From NCBI RefSeq assembly GCF_009834535.1, contig NC_045697.1, positions 21,330,001 to 21,394,000 of the forward strand: a DNA stretch of 64,000 nucleotides. Direction: 5' to 3'. The stretch comes from Camelus ferus (lineage: Eukaryota). Position 1 is the first letter of the stretch. Each line of letters begins with the position of its first letter. Position numbers and translations under genes: made by a program. This document shows positions 53,960 through 64,000 of the stretch, piece by piece. The notes under the pieces are model-generated. The model saw only the letters and a program-made list of their open reading frames with translations, searched no databases and was not told the DNA's origin.

Positions 53960-54474
53960 TCGATAAGCAGAAAAATATATCCCCCAAAGATGTCTATATT
54001 CTAATTCCCGAAATTTGTTAATAGGTTATTTTTCCCTTGCAAAGGGAGAATTAACATAGAAAATGGAATTAAGATTGCTAATCTCCTACCTTAAAAATAG
54101 ATTATTCTGGATTATCAGGGTGGGCCCAGTGCAATCACAAGGATCTATGTGTCAGAAAAGTGAGGTAGAAGAGGAGCACAGAGTGATGTAATGTTGGAAG
54201 GACTGAGCCTGGCAGTTGCTGACTTTGAAGATGGATGAGGTGGCTACAAGCAAAAGAATGCAGAGTGACTCAAGATGATGTGAAGGGCAAGGGAACAGAT
54301 TCTCAGCGACAGCAACAGTGCAGAAAAGAATGCAGTCTTGCTAGCAGTTCAATTTTAGCCCACTGGGTCCCATTCTGGGTTTCTAAACTACAGAATTGTA
54401 AGTTAATAAATTTGTATCATTTTGAGACACTAAATTTGGGTGATGTATCATAGCAGCCATGGGAGACCAACACA
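53960..54474 (+). mobile_element. MLT1D-like MaLR solo LTR
   Basis: 'cccccaaagatgtc...ggaattaagattgctaat...gattattctggattatcagggtgggcccagtgcaatcacaagg...gactttgaagatgga...tagcagccatgggagaccaacaca'. Confidence 0.9.
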
Positions 54475-55959
54475 GTAGTCATCCACACAGTGGTACATGT
54501 AAAAAAAGATATGGAAAAAAAACTAGAGGTGTAGATGTCTCTTTTTAGGAAGAGAATGACCTCATTCAAAAGCAGAGGAAAAATGCTAAATTGTAACTTT
54601 GTACTTTTCCTTTATGGTCTCTCAACCTGTTGTGGTGTTTTATATTTGCTATTTCATGTCATACTACCCCAAACACAGGTATTTCCTGGGTTCTGGATGA
54701 GAATGGACCACCACAGATGTCTCTGGCCCATGACTTGGCATTCTTGGGGGAACTGCTCAACTACCAGGGCCCCCTCCCACCATCCACCAGACCAGTGAGC
54801 CAGACCCCTATCAAGGGCAGGGAATTTGGGACAGGTGTCTTCCTCCACTTCCCACAGGCCCACACTCTAATCCAGATATGACAGGCAACCCTCAAGGATG
54901 ACTCTATATTCTTGAAACACCAGGCATCTTGGATGGGTGGGGTGGTGGGTGAGAGGCTTACTCTTGCCAAGCAACCTGCTGTCCAGCAAGCTAGTTAGCT
55001 CCTGTCCGAGGAAGGTGGTTCTCATAAGGAAGTGCTGTGAGCATTAGTAGCCAACACTCAAAACATTTAAAGAAGAGTGTAGCCACCTTAAAAAAAAAAA
55101 AAAAAAAGGAATCTGGATGAACACCAACAGAAAAAAGAAAACCCTTTTCTTTAGCTTTTGCCGAAGTCATATCTGAGTATAACTTTGAAGAGAACCAGGT
55201 TACTAAAGCCCTAACAGGGAAAAGAGCATTTGTTGATGCCATTCTAGGGTTTAATAAAAACAAATGCCAATCTTTTATGCACAGGTGTGTGTATATGAAA
55301 TTACTAAGGCTTAAACATGGCACTGATGATGCACACACACAAATAAACAGGAGCTAAGATTTTACTTAAATAATTTTGATTTGTTTAAAAACAGATAAGA
55401 ATATATTTCTGCCATTTGGTATGCTTTTTAATGACAAGATAGTAGCATTACTTGTTGAAGAATTTAACATGAAAAAATAAGACTAAAATCTCATTGGCAT
55501 TCATATTGGCATAAGACAGACTATACTTTCTGGTTTACATTTTCTTAAGAATATGGAATTATAATTTTAGAATCATTTTTTATTTCATTTAATTTATTTA
55601 ACTGAGAGATAATTACTAGTTACTTTGCAAAATAAATTTTCTGGAATATTTTTGCCTCAGAGACACTGGAAAGCTGTTAAAGGCATTTTGCTTTTAGGCT
55701 AATGAATCAGTGTTTGGTAGTCACATAATTCATTTACACTGAATTTGGGAGAATGACGTACTTTCTGAATATTTGGGTAAATATATTTTCATAAAATTCT
55801 GTTAATTGATTAACTATTATAAGGAATATATTTTTAAACATTAACTTGAGGGATATTTGTGATATTAAATGTAGTAATAAATAATTAATATGAAAGAATT
55901 CCAACCAATGGGAAAAAGCTATCATGGTTTTAAAAACATCACTTAGTTAATTTGTCTGT

Positions 55960-56660
55960 TCATTAACCAGTTACAAAGTATCTGCTGTCAGGTTTAAGCT
56001 CATCACTATTCACAGGCGGTATCTCATTTAATATTAACTGAGTACATGACTGCAGTAATGAATAAATTATTAATAAATAAATTGTTGTATGTTTATATTT
56101 GAGCCATTAGTACACATAATTTAATTCAGAAAGAAGATTTAAACTGTGAAATGGAAAATTATCTTTAGGGAGCATGGATTCAGATCTCAACTCTTACACT
56201 TAGGTGCTTTATGACCTTCGGTAAGCTTTTCAATCTTTCCTTTAAAATTACATGTTATATATTTTTAAGATTTCAGGGTCTGGAATCTCATTCTCTATAT
56301 TCATTCCCTGGCTGAGTGGCCTTGGTCAAATACACGTTCCATGCCACAGTTTAGACATTAATAAGTGGGGGATAATATTATTACATTCCTATTGTATTAT
56401 TTGTGAAGATGAAGGGAATAGATACATCTAAAGCATTTATAGCAATACTTCCTAGAGGGAGGGCAATAGCTCAGTGGTACAGTGCATGCTTCAGGTTCTG
56501 GTTTCAGTCCCCATTACCTCCATTAAGAAAAGAAAGAAAAAGAAAATCATGCTTCCTGAGAGTTCAATAATTATTATAATAATTCAATAATAAACACAAT
56601 AATTAGTTGTTTATTATCATTATTGGTTTCTTCATCTGCATACCTTATGTACTCTGGAAA
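55960..56660. mobile_element. Cluster of MIR fragments
   Basis: 'ggattcagatctcaactctt...atgaccttcggtaag', 'gtggccttggtcaaatac...cagttt...agtgggggataata', 'gtttcttcatctgca'. Confidence 0.55.
56455..56546 (+). mobile_element. Short, internally deleted camelid tRNA-derived SINE
   Basis: 'gggagggcaatagctcagtggtacagtgcatgctt...cagtccccattacctccattaag' plus A tail. TSD-like caatacttcct / catgcttcct. Confidence 0.75.
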
Positions 56661-56719
56661 AATGAATACACTATCAGGCGTACTTCAGTAAAACAATTTT
56701 CTGAACTACAGAGTTGATG

Positions 56720-57190
56720 ATTCCCTTTGCCATATCTATCCCCCCAACCACCTTGTGGAATTCATCATAATCGTTCTTGTGTTTTGGATGAGACTGAATC
56801 CACTCCGAAGCTCCAGCGATGGGCCTACCCTGAGGGGCTCAAGCCACTGAGAACATCCCATTCTCTTGGCAAAAGTGACTGATTCATAGTTGGCTACTTG
56901 CACCAATTCAGGCAAGCAGCAAAGAGAGGAATCTCTGGATGACACAGCGGGAGCTTTCAAAATCCAAACTTACTATAGTCATTTTACTCTTATGAGGGAA
57001 GATACTGAATCACCTCAAGCCACCATCTGAAGACTGAAGAAAATTCACCCTGCGGAAGGCATAGAAAAGACAAATAGGCAGTTTATGTCATTGGTATCAT
57101 CATTTAGGCAGCCAGACCAAGATCGCCTGAAACCAATTCTCCATTTGTCATACCAGTAAATCATTTATCATAAGCTATAGCAAAAAGTAA
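56720..57190 (+). mobile_element. MLT1K/J-like old MaLR LTR
   Basis: 'gagactgaatccactccgaagctccagcgatggg...catcccattctcttggc...gtgactgattca...cagccagaccaagatcgcctgaa'. Confidence 0.55.
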
Positions 57191-57834
57191 CTTTTGATAC
57201 TTTGGTAAAGGAAAAATAGAATACATTTTGAAACATAAATTTTAAAAAGCTTATGGTAACTACAAAATAGGGAAAAAATATGCCTCCTCTTTAGCTCAGT
57301 GAGTGTGCATTGCACAGCAGGTGAAACTTGGATTTAATAGTAAATTAGGCAAGCCATTATACCCTTAAATTCCAGGAGTAAGTATGTAGCGCACCCTCAA
57401 GAACACTGCAAAGGGCGTTGAGGTTGAGAATGCACATATCGAAATGTCCTCGTGTATTCCAGTGAAGAAAATTGATAATAGTGAGATGTGGTACTCGTGA
57501 TGTCTTCTAACTTACGTCTTTGAAAGCTCCATTGGCAAAGTATAAAATTTTCAAATATATGCTGTAGAAAGAGAAAACTCTCTTTCCTTGAGAGTGTAGT
57601 ATCTCACCTTTCATGTCAATTTATCCTAGTGTGTTGGAAGAGAGGCTATTACTTTCTTTGATCACTTAAATAAGAAACAGTTCTACCCTTTGAAAGAAAC
57701 CGTGTTTACCATTTTCGAGCCAGTTTGCTTATTTAGGTCAAAATACTCAATTCTGGAACATGTTGATCTCATTAGAAGGTTTGCCATTAGCAAATAATTC
57801 CACAGCAATCACACTAGGAACTGTGCCCATCAGA

Positions 57835-58162
57835 GTTCAGCTAGAGAAACAGAACCTATAAGAAATATGTATTAAGAAATGGATAGCAATTAATCAGCTT
57901 ACACGAAATTGGGGCAAGCCCAAAGTCTTGAGAGTAGTCCATCAGGAAGAGCAGCTGGTAACTCTTGGACCTGGGATAAACCTGCTGTCCAGAGGTGGAA
58001 TTTCTTTTGTCCTCGACCTTGACCACATTTATATGACCTTTGTGATTACTTTGATTACTTTGGTCCAACCTAGGTAGTCTTCTCAAATCAAGATACTTAA
58101 TCACATCAGCATGTAGTCACCTTGCTGGGGGTTGGGGGTAGGGAGGGCTATTCTATCTACAA
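57835..58162 (-). mobile_element. Juxtaposed MLT2-like (to ~58015) and MLT1D/E-like LTR fragments
   Basis: 'agagaaacagaacctataag...gcttacacgaaattgggg' (MLT2-like) then 'gtgattactttggtccaacctaggtagtc...cttaatcacatc...ctattctatctaca' (MLT1-like). Confidence 0.55.
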
Positions 58163-59249
58163 TAATAATTAGCAATAACAATAAAAATAGAAGAAGATAG
58201 GATTAGATTTACCAAATTTCCTGCTTTTGTTCAATGCAGAGAATGAAAATGAATCTAAACTATAATGGAAAAAACAACAGAAACAAGCTTTTCATAATTT
58301 TTCCAGACTATTAAAAATAAAGTATTTGTTATGACCTACCTGAGTAGAAAATTGGAAAAACAAAGTGTTCACAGGGAAAAGATTTAGTGAGAAAAAGTCG
58401 GTTTTATATCATGCCTAAGGAGATCAAATTACAAAAAAAGCTATAACCATATAAAACCATAATCCACTTGGAAAAATAAGGAATCCACAGGTAACACAGA
58501 GATCATTTTAAGGTTCAAAAAGAAAAATAATTTTACATGTGGTAAAAGTTGATGTCTTCCACTCCACTGAATTACTCAAGGGAGTATAAATGATAAACAA
58601 TGCAATTATGCCCTTTGGAATTTCTCCAGATCTCTTTTTTTTTTTTTAACCAATCCAATTTCCATATGTGCCATATGACAGAAAAGAAAATCAAATGATC
58701 TGCCAGGTTATTCCTTGACAGTGAAAACAACTGTACATTCTATTGAAAATGAATGTAATAAAAGCTATAAAAGGAAGAGAACAGAATAAAACAAGGAAAA
58801 TTCAGGAAAATTAAAAGGGATATATAGATGTATATATATACTGGTTATATGTACATATATATTCTATATGTTCTGTATATATTCTACATATATATATAAC
58901 CAGTAGATAAACAGACCAATGAAAGAAATAAAATAACACTGAATTAGAAATTACAGACTCAGTATGAGTGAATTAAATTAGTACTGATAAAATATTTTGC
59001 TGAAGATGGGCAAAGTTTGCCAATTTCACCCCACCAGAGGTTAAAAACGTAAGTGGTAATTTTTTGAAGACATTATTTTTTTATTGAGAGTACAAAACTT
59101 TTAAGTTTTACCTTAGGGACATCGTAGATGAAGAGTTTGATTATTTCTGTACCTGTATCTTCCTTTTCTTGTTTGGATACCGAGACAAGATTTGCTCCTT
59201 GTTTCTATACTTAATTCCATCCAATCATAGAAAATAAAATCCCAATATC

Positions 59250-59500
59250 TTTATTCTTAGATGTATTTTCTGACTTATCTACTCACAGTGTTGAGTCATC
59301 AGCTCTTTTTCTATATTGCCACTATACTTTGTATTTATTACAACCCTTTCAACACTCTAGCAATAATGCATGCATAGGACTCTGGTACCATGTCAGCAAC
59401 TAGGGGTCACGATTGTGTCTTAATTATTTTCAGTCCCTGATCACTCATCATAGTGTCTGGTCCAGAGTAGGACCTCTATACAATATTATTATATAATATA
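59250..59500 (+). mobile_element. L2 3' end fragment
   Basis: 'gattgtgtcttaattattttcagtccctgatcactcatcatagtgtctggtccagagtaggacct'. Confidence 0.6.
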
Positions 59501-59859
59501 TGCATACAATGCATAAGCTAGTGGTTATGGTGTTTAATGAATATTTCTATTTCTACTGGTACAATACTAGAGACACGTTATTATAAGAACTAATATAGTT
59601 ATCAGAAAGGGATGGGAAATAAATAAGTTTTGGTTGTAATTTAGGTTTCACTATACAAAAGAATCTCAAATGATCAACTATATGTAGACTTTTTATTGAC
59701 TATTCAGGGTTTTTATTAATTCCTCAGGTGAAATCTGGTGAGGAATGAAAAATTCATCACAAACAATATACAGGAGTGTTACAATGTAAAATAAATTTTC
59801 TGGCATCAAGAAATAATACAGATCACAAAATGAGAGTCTCTTTAATTAGTTCTTATTTT

Positions 59860-60060
59860 GTTCTAGTGCTTAACTGTGCATTGTACTAATAGTTTACATA
59901 CAATTCAGTTTATTTTAATCCTCAAAACAATTGTGAATAGTAGTTACTGTACCCCTTTTACAGATGAGAATGCATGTGCTCAGAGCCTTATACTAAGTGG
60001 AAGAATAAGAATTCAATCCAATTTTGTCCAAGCCCAAAATTATGTATTTCCATTAGAATA
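59860..60060 (-). mobile_element. MIR SINE
   Basis: 'ttttaatcctcaaaacaa...ccctttttacagatgagaatgcatgtgctcagag...aagaattcaatcca'. Confidence 0.7.
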
Positions 60061-60819
60061 TACCCATCAAACATCACTTTCATGTGTCCTTTACTGAACA
60101 GAAACTTTTACAGAAAGCTATACAGAAAGCATACAGATTCCATTTGAATCTTTTTATTCTTCACAGTGACATCCACATTGGATGACTTGGTTATCATTAC
60201 CTTTTACATTGTTTTTCACTATCGTCAAGATTATGTGTTGTATGTAAACAACTTACGACATCTGAAGAGTTTTAGATTCTAAGGTTTGTGCCCAAGAAAT
60301 AAACTCCCAACTTTCAGTCTCCAAAAACAGTAGATTTTTTTTTAAAGAAAGAAACTCCACTGGAATAAACATTTTTCTTAATACGCTTTTCTTGCTGCCA
60401 TCTAGTCGGTCCTTCTCAGGGCACTTAGAGATGTGGGTTTTGTTTTGCCCTCAGTTGAACTCTTAAACGAAGCTTCCTGAGAGACATTGGACATTGCCAT
60501 TATTCTACTTATTTCTCCAATCGACAGCAATGAACTGGGTGGAAAGCCTGTTTCCTTCTCATTTACCTGAACATTCTTTGTCCAGGCTCTTTTATAAACT
60601 GCATTCTCTCTCCAGGAATAGTTCTCTGTGCAGTAAATCCTTTGAGCTGGGTGGTGGGAGGTAAGCAGTAAGCCATGATATGGTGTCACTTAAGAAAAAT
60701 TGCATTATCCTCTGATTTTTTTCCCCTGTTCTCACACATAATAATTCCAGGGTTCACTAACTATGCTTATTGAGGAAGAAAATGTCCAATATGTGTGAAC
60801 TCTCTTGTAGCTCCTTCAG

Positions 60820-61040
60820 GTAAACATTGAGACTCCCTTCTCTATATTCTGTTGAAATTTATTACTTATCTTAATAAAATTTTAGTCATATTTAATTGCA
60901 TTTAATTATTTCCTTCCAGTGGAGTATACAAACCTAGAAAAAACTGTCTCTGTCAGGCGCACATTTTTAACACTGAGCATTTTGCACACTTAACTTTACA
61001 CATGATACTTGATCAACATCTTTAGTGAATAAATGAATAT
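60820..61040 (+). mobile_element. L2 3' end fragment
   Basis: 'ttccttccagtggagtatac...gatacttgatcaacatctttagtgaataaatgaat'. Confidence 0.5.
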
Positions 61041-61914
61041 TTTTAATTATGAAAAGATCTAAGGCATGGACTTCTGACCTTGAAATACATGGCAATTAAA
61101 TCACATACTAGTCCTGAAAAATACTATAGAAAAGTCACATCCCAAAGGGCAACCTGTCTGCGTAGTATCATCTTTTGTCCTGCCACACCTAAAACTGCAC
61201 GTTAATTGGGCTTTCAAAGAAATGCAAATACGCAATTCATTTTTTCTAAATTCCTTCAAGAGTTGGAAATAAACCTTATTCTATTAAATTACAGAAAGAG
61301 CTATGCTGATGCTTGCCTATTATTAAAGAGGCAAATGCATGTCAGAAGTTTTTAATTACTGAGAATTTTATATCCCATTAAATACTTGGGAAAAAAAAAA
61401 ACTTTATACATGAGAATAAATTAGAGAAGTATTATGTATGTGTTTTAAACCCAATTATCTAGAACATGTTTTATGTACTATAAAATGGAATTAGAAAGCC
61501 AAATAAAAGTGACAGTATTGTGAAATATTGGGAGCATAGATAATATGCTTAGATATTATAATTTCTTAAAAATCAAAGTAAACTAGAGAACAACTGTGTA
61601 ATATATACAAAGAATATAAATATTCTAATTTGACCAATCAAAATGAATGATATATTTCAAATATTGTTCTTCATAAAATACTCTTCACAAACTATGATTT
61701 GGAGGCCCTTTCTTTTATAAGATTAAGCATAAATGTAGCAAAACCCAACTTCACACTTTTCATTTGCTGGAAGACTATTCCCTAAAAATTTGGGGGCGTC
61801 TTATTCACTATTTATTGTCTAGGATATGAAACACTTTTAAGTTTAATCTGCATTATTGATGTTTTCTCTGTCACTTTCTGAAGTCTACACAATTGAAAAT
61901 AGTAAGTCAAAACC

Positions 61915-62264
61915 TACTTCAGTGTTTCCTGATTTCTGTGGTGTGAATACTCACATCATGGTTGATTTTAATCTACTAACGATATCACTGGAAACAAAGT
62001 TGGGATGAACTGCACATTATTGCACTGTTATCAGGCATTTCCACCACACGGATAAACACAGTTAACCTCAAGACCATCGATTACAGCAGGATGTAATAAC
62101 TGATGAATGTTGAATATTTATTACATTTGTTTTTAATATAATGTTTAATTATAAATTATGCACTTTTCAATAATGGCTGTATTTAACAACTGGTTTGCAA
62201 CATTCCTGAAAAATTAAAAATAAGAGTTTGTGAGGTGATAAAATCTGGCTCCAACATACCATTG
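61915..62264 (-). mobile_element. MER63-like hAT (Blackjack) DNA transposon remnant
   Basis: 'gatttctgtggtgtgaatactc', 'taatggctgtatttaacaactggtttgcaacattcctgaaaa' and terminal 'tggctccaacataccattg' match antisense MER63 as recalled. Confidence 0.75.
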
Positions 62265-62424
62265 GTAGAGGTTTAGACAGCAGGAAATCAAAGACCGGCC
62301 TGTAATGTTAGGAATTAACTGATAGTCTACCATAGTACTCTCTAGACATTAATAAAGAAAGTATCTTATGGATTCTCTTAGAATAGCAGCAGTGAGTAGA
62401 ACCAGCACAGATAATAAGTCCACC

Positions 62425-64000
62425 TCACTACTGCTTCAAGCCAAGATAGAGTGACAGTGACCAGTTTTACACTCTTGATCAAAACAACTTAAAAACTGGA
62501 CTAAAATGCCTTAAAAAAGCATATGTTCAGGCATTAGCCATCAAGTCATGAGGGTCGGTGATCTCTGAAGAAAAAAGTAAACACTATCCTTTTCCCAGTC
62601 TTCAGCCTAAATAAAGTTTTCAGGCCATGGTGAAGAGAGGGAAAACTCAGGCAGAGGCTGGAAGTCTCTTTGACTTGAAAATATGGAGTTGGGAATCCAG
62701 AGAATCCAAGATGGCTGGAGTTCACAGAACAGAGTGGAGAGAGTGCTTCAGAGAGAGAACTTTGGAGATCTTCACAGTATTCCTCTCAAATACTCATCTG
62801 AACACTAGTCAGTGTATATATGAGGGTATTGCCGATGGCTAGAGAGATAATCAACTGAAAAGGTTAGAGGCAGTAGTGCCCCCAGTTCACACAGGACCAG
62901 AGAAAAATATGTTCCCATCAGCCTGACGGGAAAACCTCATAATTCACAGAGAAGCCATTAGACTAAGAGGATTCTTACCTCTGTGGTGGGGAGAAATGAA
63001 CTTTAGACTAAAATTTACTGTGGACTCAACTCAAAATGCTTTAAAATCAAAAACTCAAAAGAATCAAACTGTTTCTAATATAATATAACTGTGTCCCATA
63101 ACAAATTTTCAGAATATTTAATAAAGGTACATAAAAATACCTAGCTCCAAACAGAGTAACATTTTCAGGTTTGACATCCTATGAGAAATTGCAAGATATG
63201 AAAAGACAGGAAATTATAATTCACAGTGAAAAGAAGAAAAAAATCAATACAAATTATCCATAAATAATACAGATAATAGAATCAGTAATCAAGAACACTA
63301 AATAGTTATTATAATTATAATTCACATGTTGAAGAAACTGCAGAAAGGATTGTATGCTAAATGGAGACATTAAATAAATGTTAAAAGAAACAAAATCAGA
63401 TTCTACAAATGAAAATGAAAATGTCAGTGATGAAAAATATGCTGCATGAGATAAAGATCACACTAAACATTTCTGGAAAAAAAAATAGTATATTTGAAGT
63501 AGACTTGAAGGCATAACAACAGAAAATGTCTGAAATGAAACATGGATAAAAGTAACTTGTAAAAGAAAGAAGAGACCATCAGTGAACTGTGGTACAACTT
63601 CAAGCAGCCAAATATATGTATAATAGGAATCCTTAGGAAGGATGGGGACAATTTTTTTAAAGGTGGCTGAAATCATTTTGCAAATTTGATGTAAACTATA
63701 AAACCACAGATCCAAAAGCTCTAAGAACTCCAAATACAAGAAGCATTAATAAAACTGCACAAAGGTGTGAATTAAGTAAATTTTTCAAAAAAGTAATAAT
63801 AAAGAAGATATCTTAAAAGCAAGTAGAGAAAAAAAAAGTATGTTAGGTACAATTAAATAAAGATAACTATGACAGCATATTTCTCTTCAGAAACAATTCA
63901 AGCCAGAGCACAGTAAGGCAATATCTTTAAAATATTGAAAGAAAAACCAACAAATTACCAGTCAAGAATTCTTCATCAGTGAAAATAGTTTTCAAAAATA
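62425..64000 (+). mobile_element. Old L1MC/L1M4-like element: 5'UTR and decayed ORF1, continuing past the window end
   Basis: 'cagtgaactgtggtacaacttcaagcagccaaatatatgtataataggaatcc' (ELWYNFKQPNICIIGI, L1 ORF1p-like); 'tttctcttcagaaacaattcaagccagag'. Confidence 0.8.

Noticed and set aside
1..64000. A novel multi-gene system, operon or CRISPR array
   Set aside because: This is mammalian repeat-rich non-coding DNA. There are no long ORFs, no regularly spaced repeat-spacer array and no coherent gene cluster.

Overview
AT-rich, CpG-depleted eutherian genomic DNA, intronic or intergenic. Two copies of a tRNA-derived SINE that I recognise as the camelid Vic-1 type suggest alpaca, llama or camel. 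I find no supportable protein-coding gene: the listed ORFs are chance frames or transposon remnants, and only 33070-33381 is clearly recognisable, as a LINE-1 ORF2p fragment. The window is a layered transposable-element landscape: an intact ERV1-class solo LTR, three decayed ERVL provirus remnants, several MaLR (MLT1) LTRs plus MLT2-like LTRs, old L1M, L2 and MIR elements, a MER63-like hAT element and microsatellites. The best non-routine observations are (1) a ~290-bp minus-strand retrocopy of an unidentified mRNA 3' end with AATAAA, an A-rich tail, a TSD and an L1-endonuclease site, (2) a tail-only retro-insertion, (3) a cluster of ERVL internal remnants, and (4) several repeat-poor, enhancer-like blocks. 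The sequence does not support a new biological system. Repeat family names come from my recall of consensus sequences, and most boundaries are approximate.
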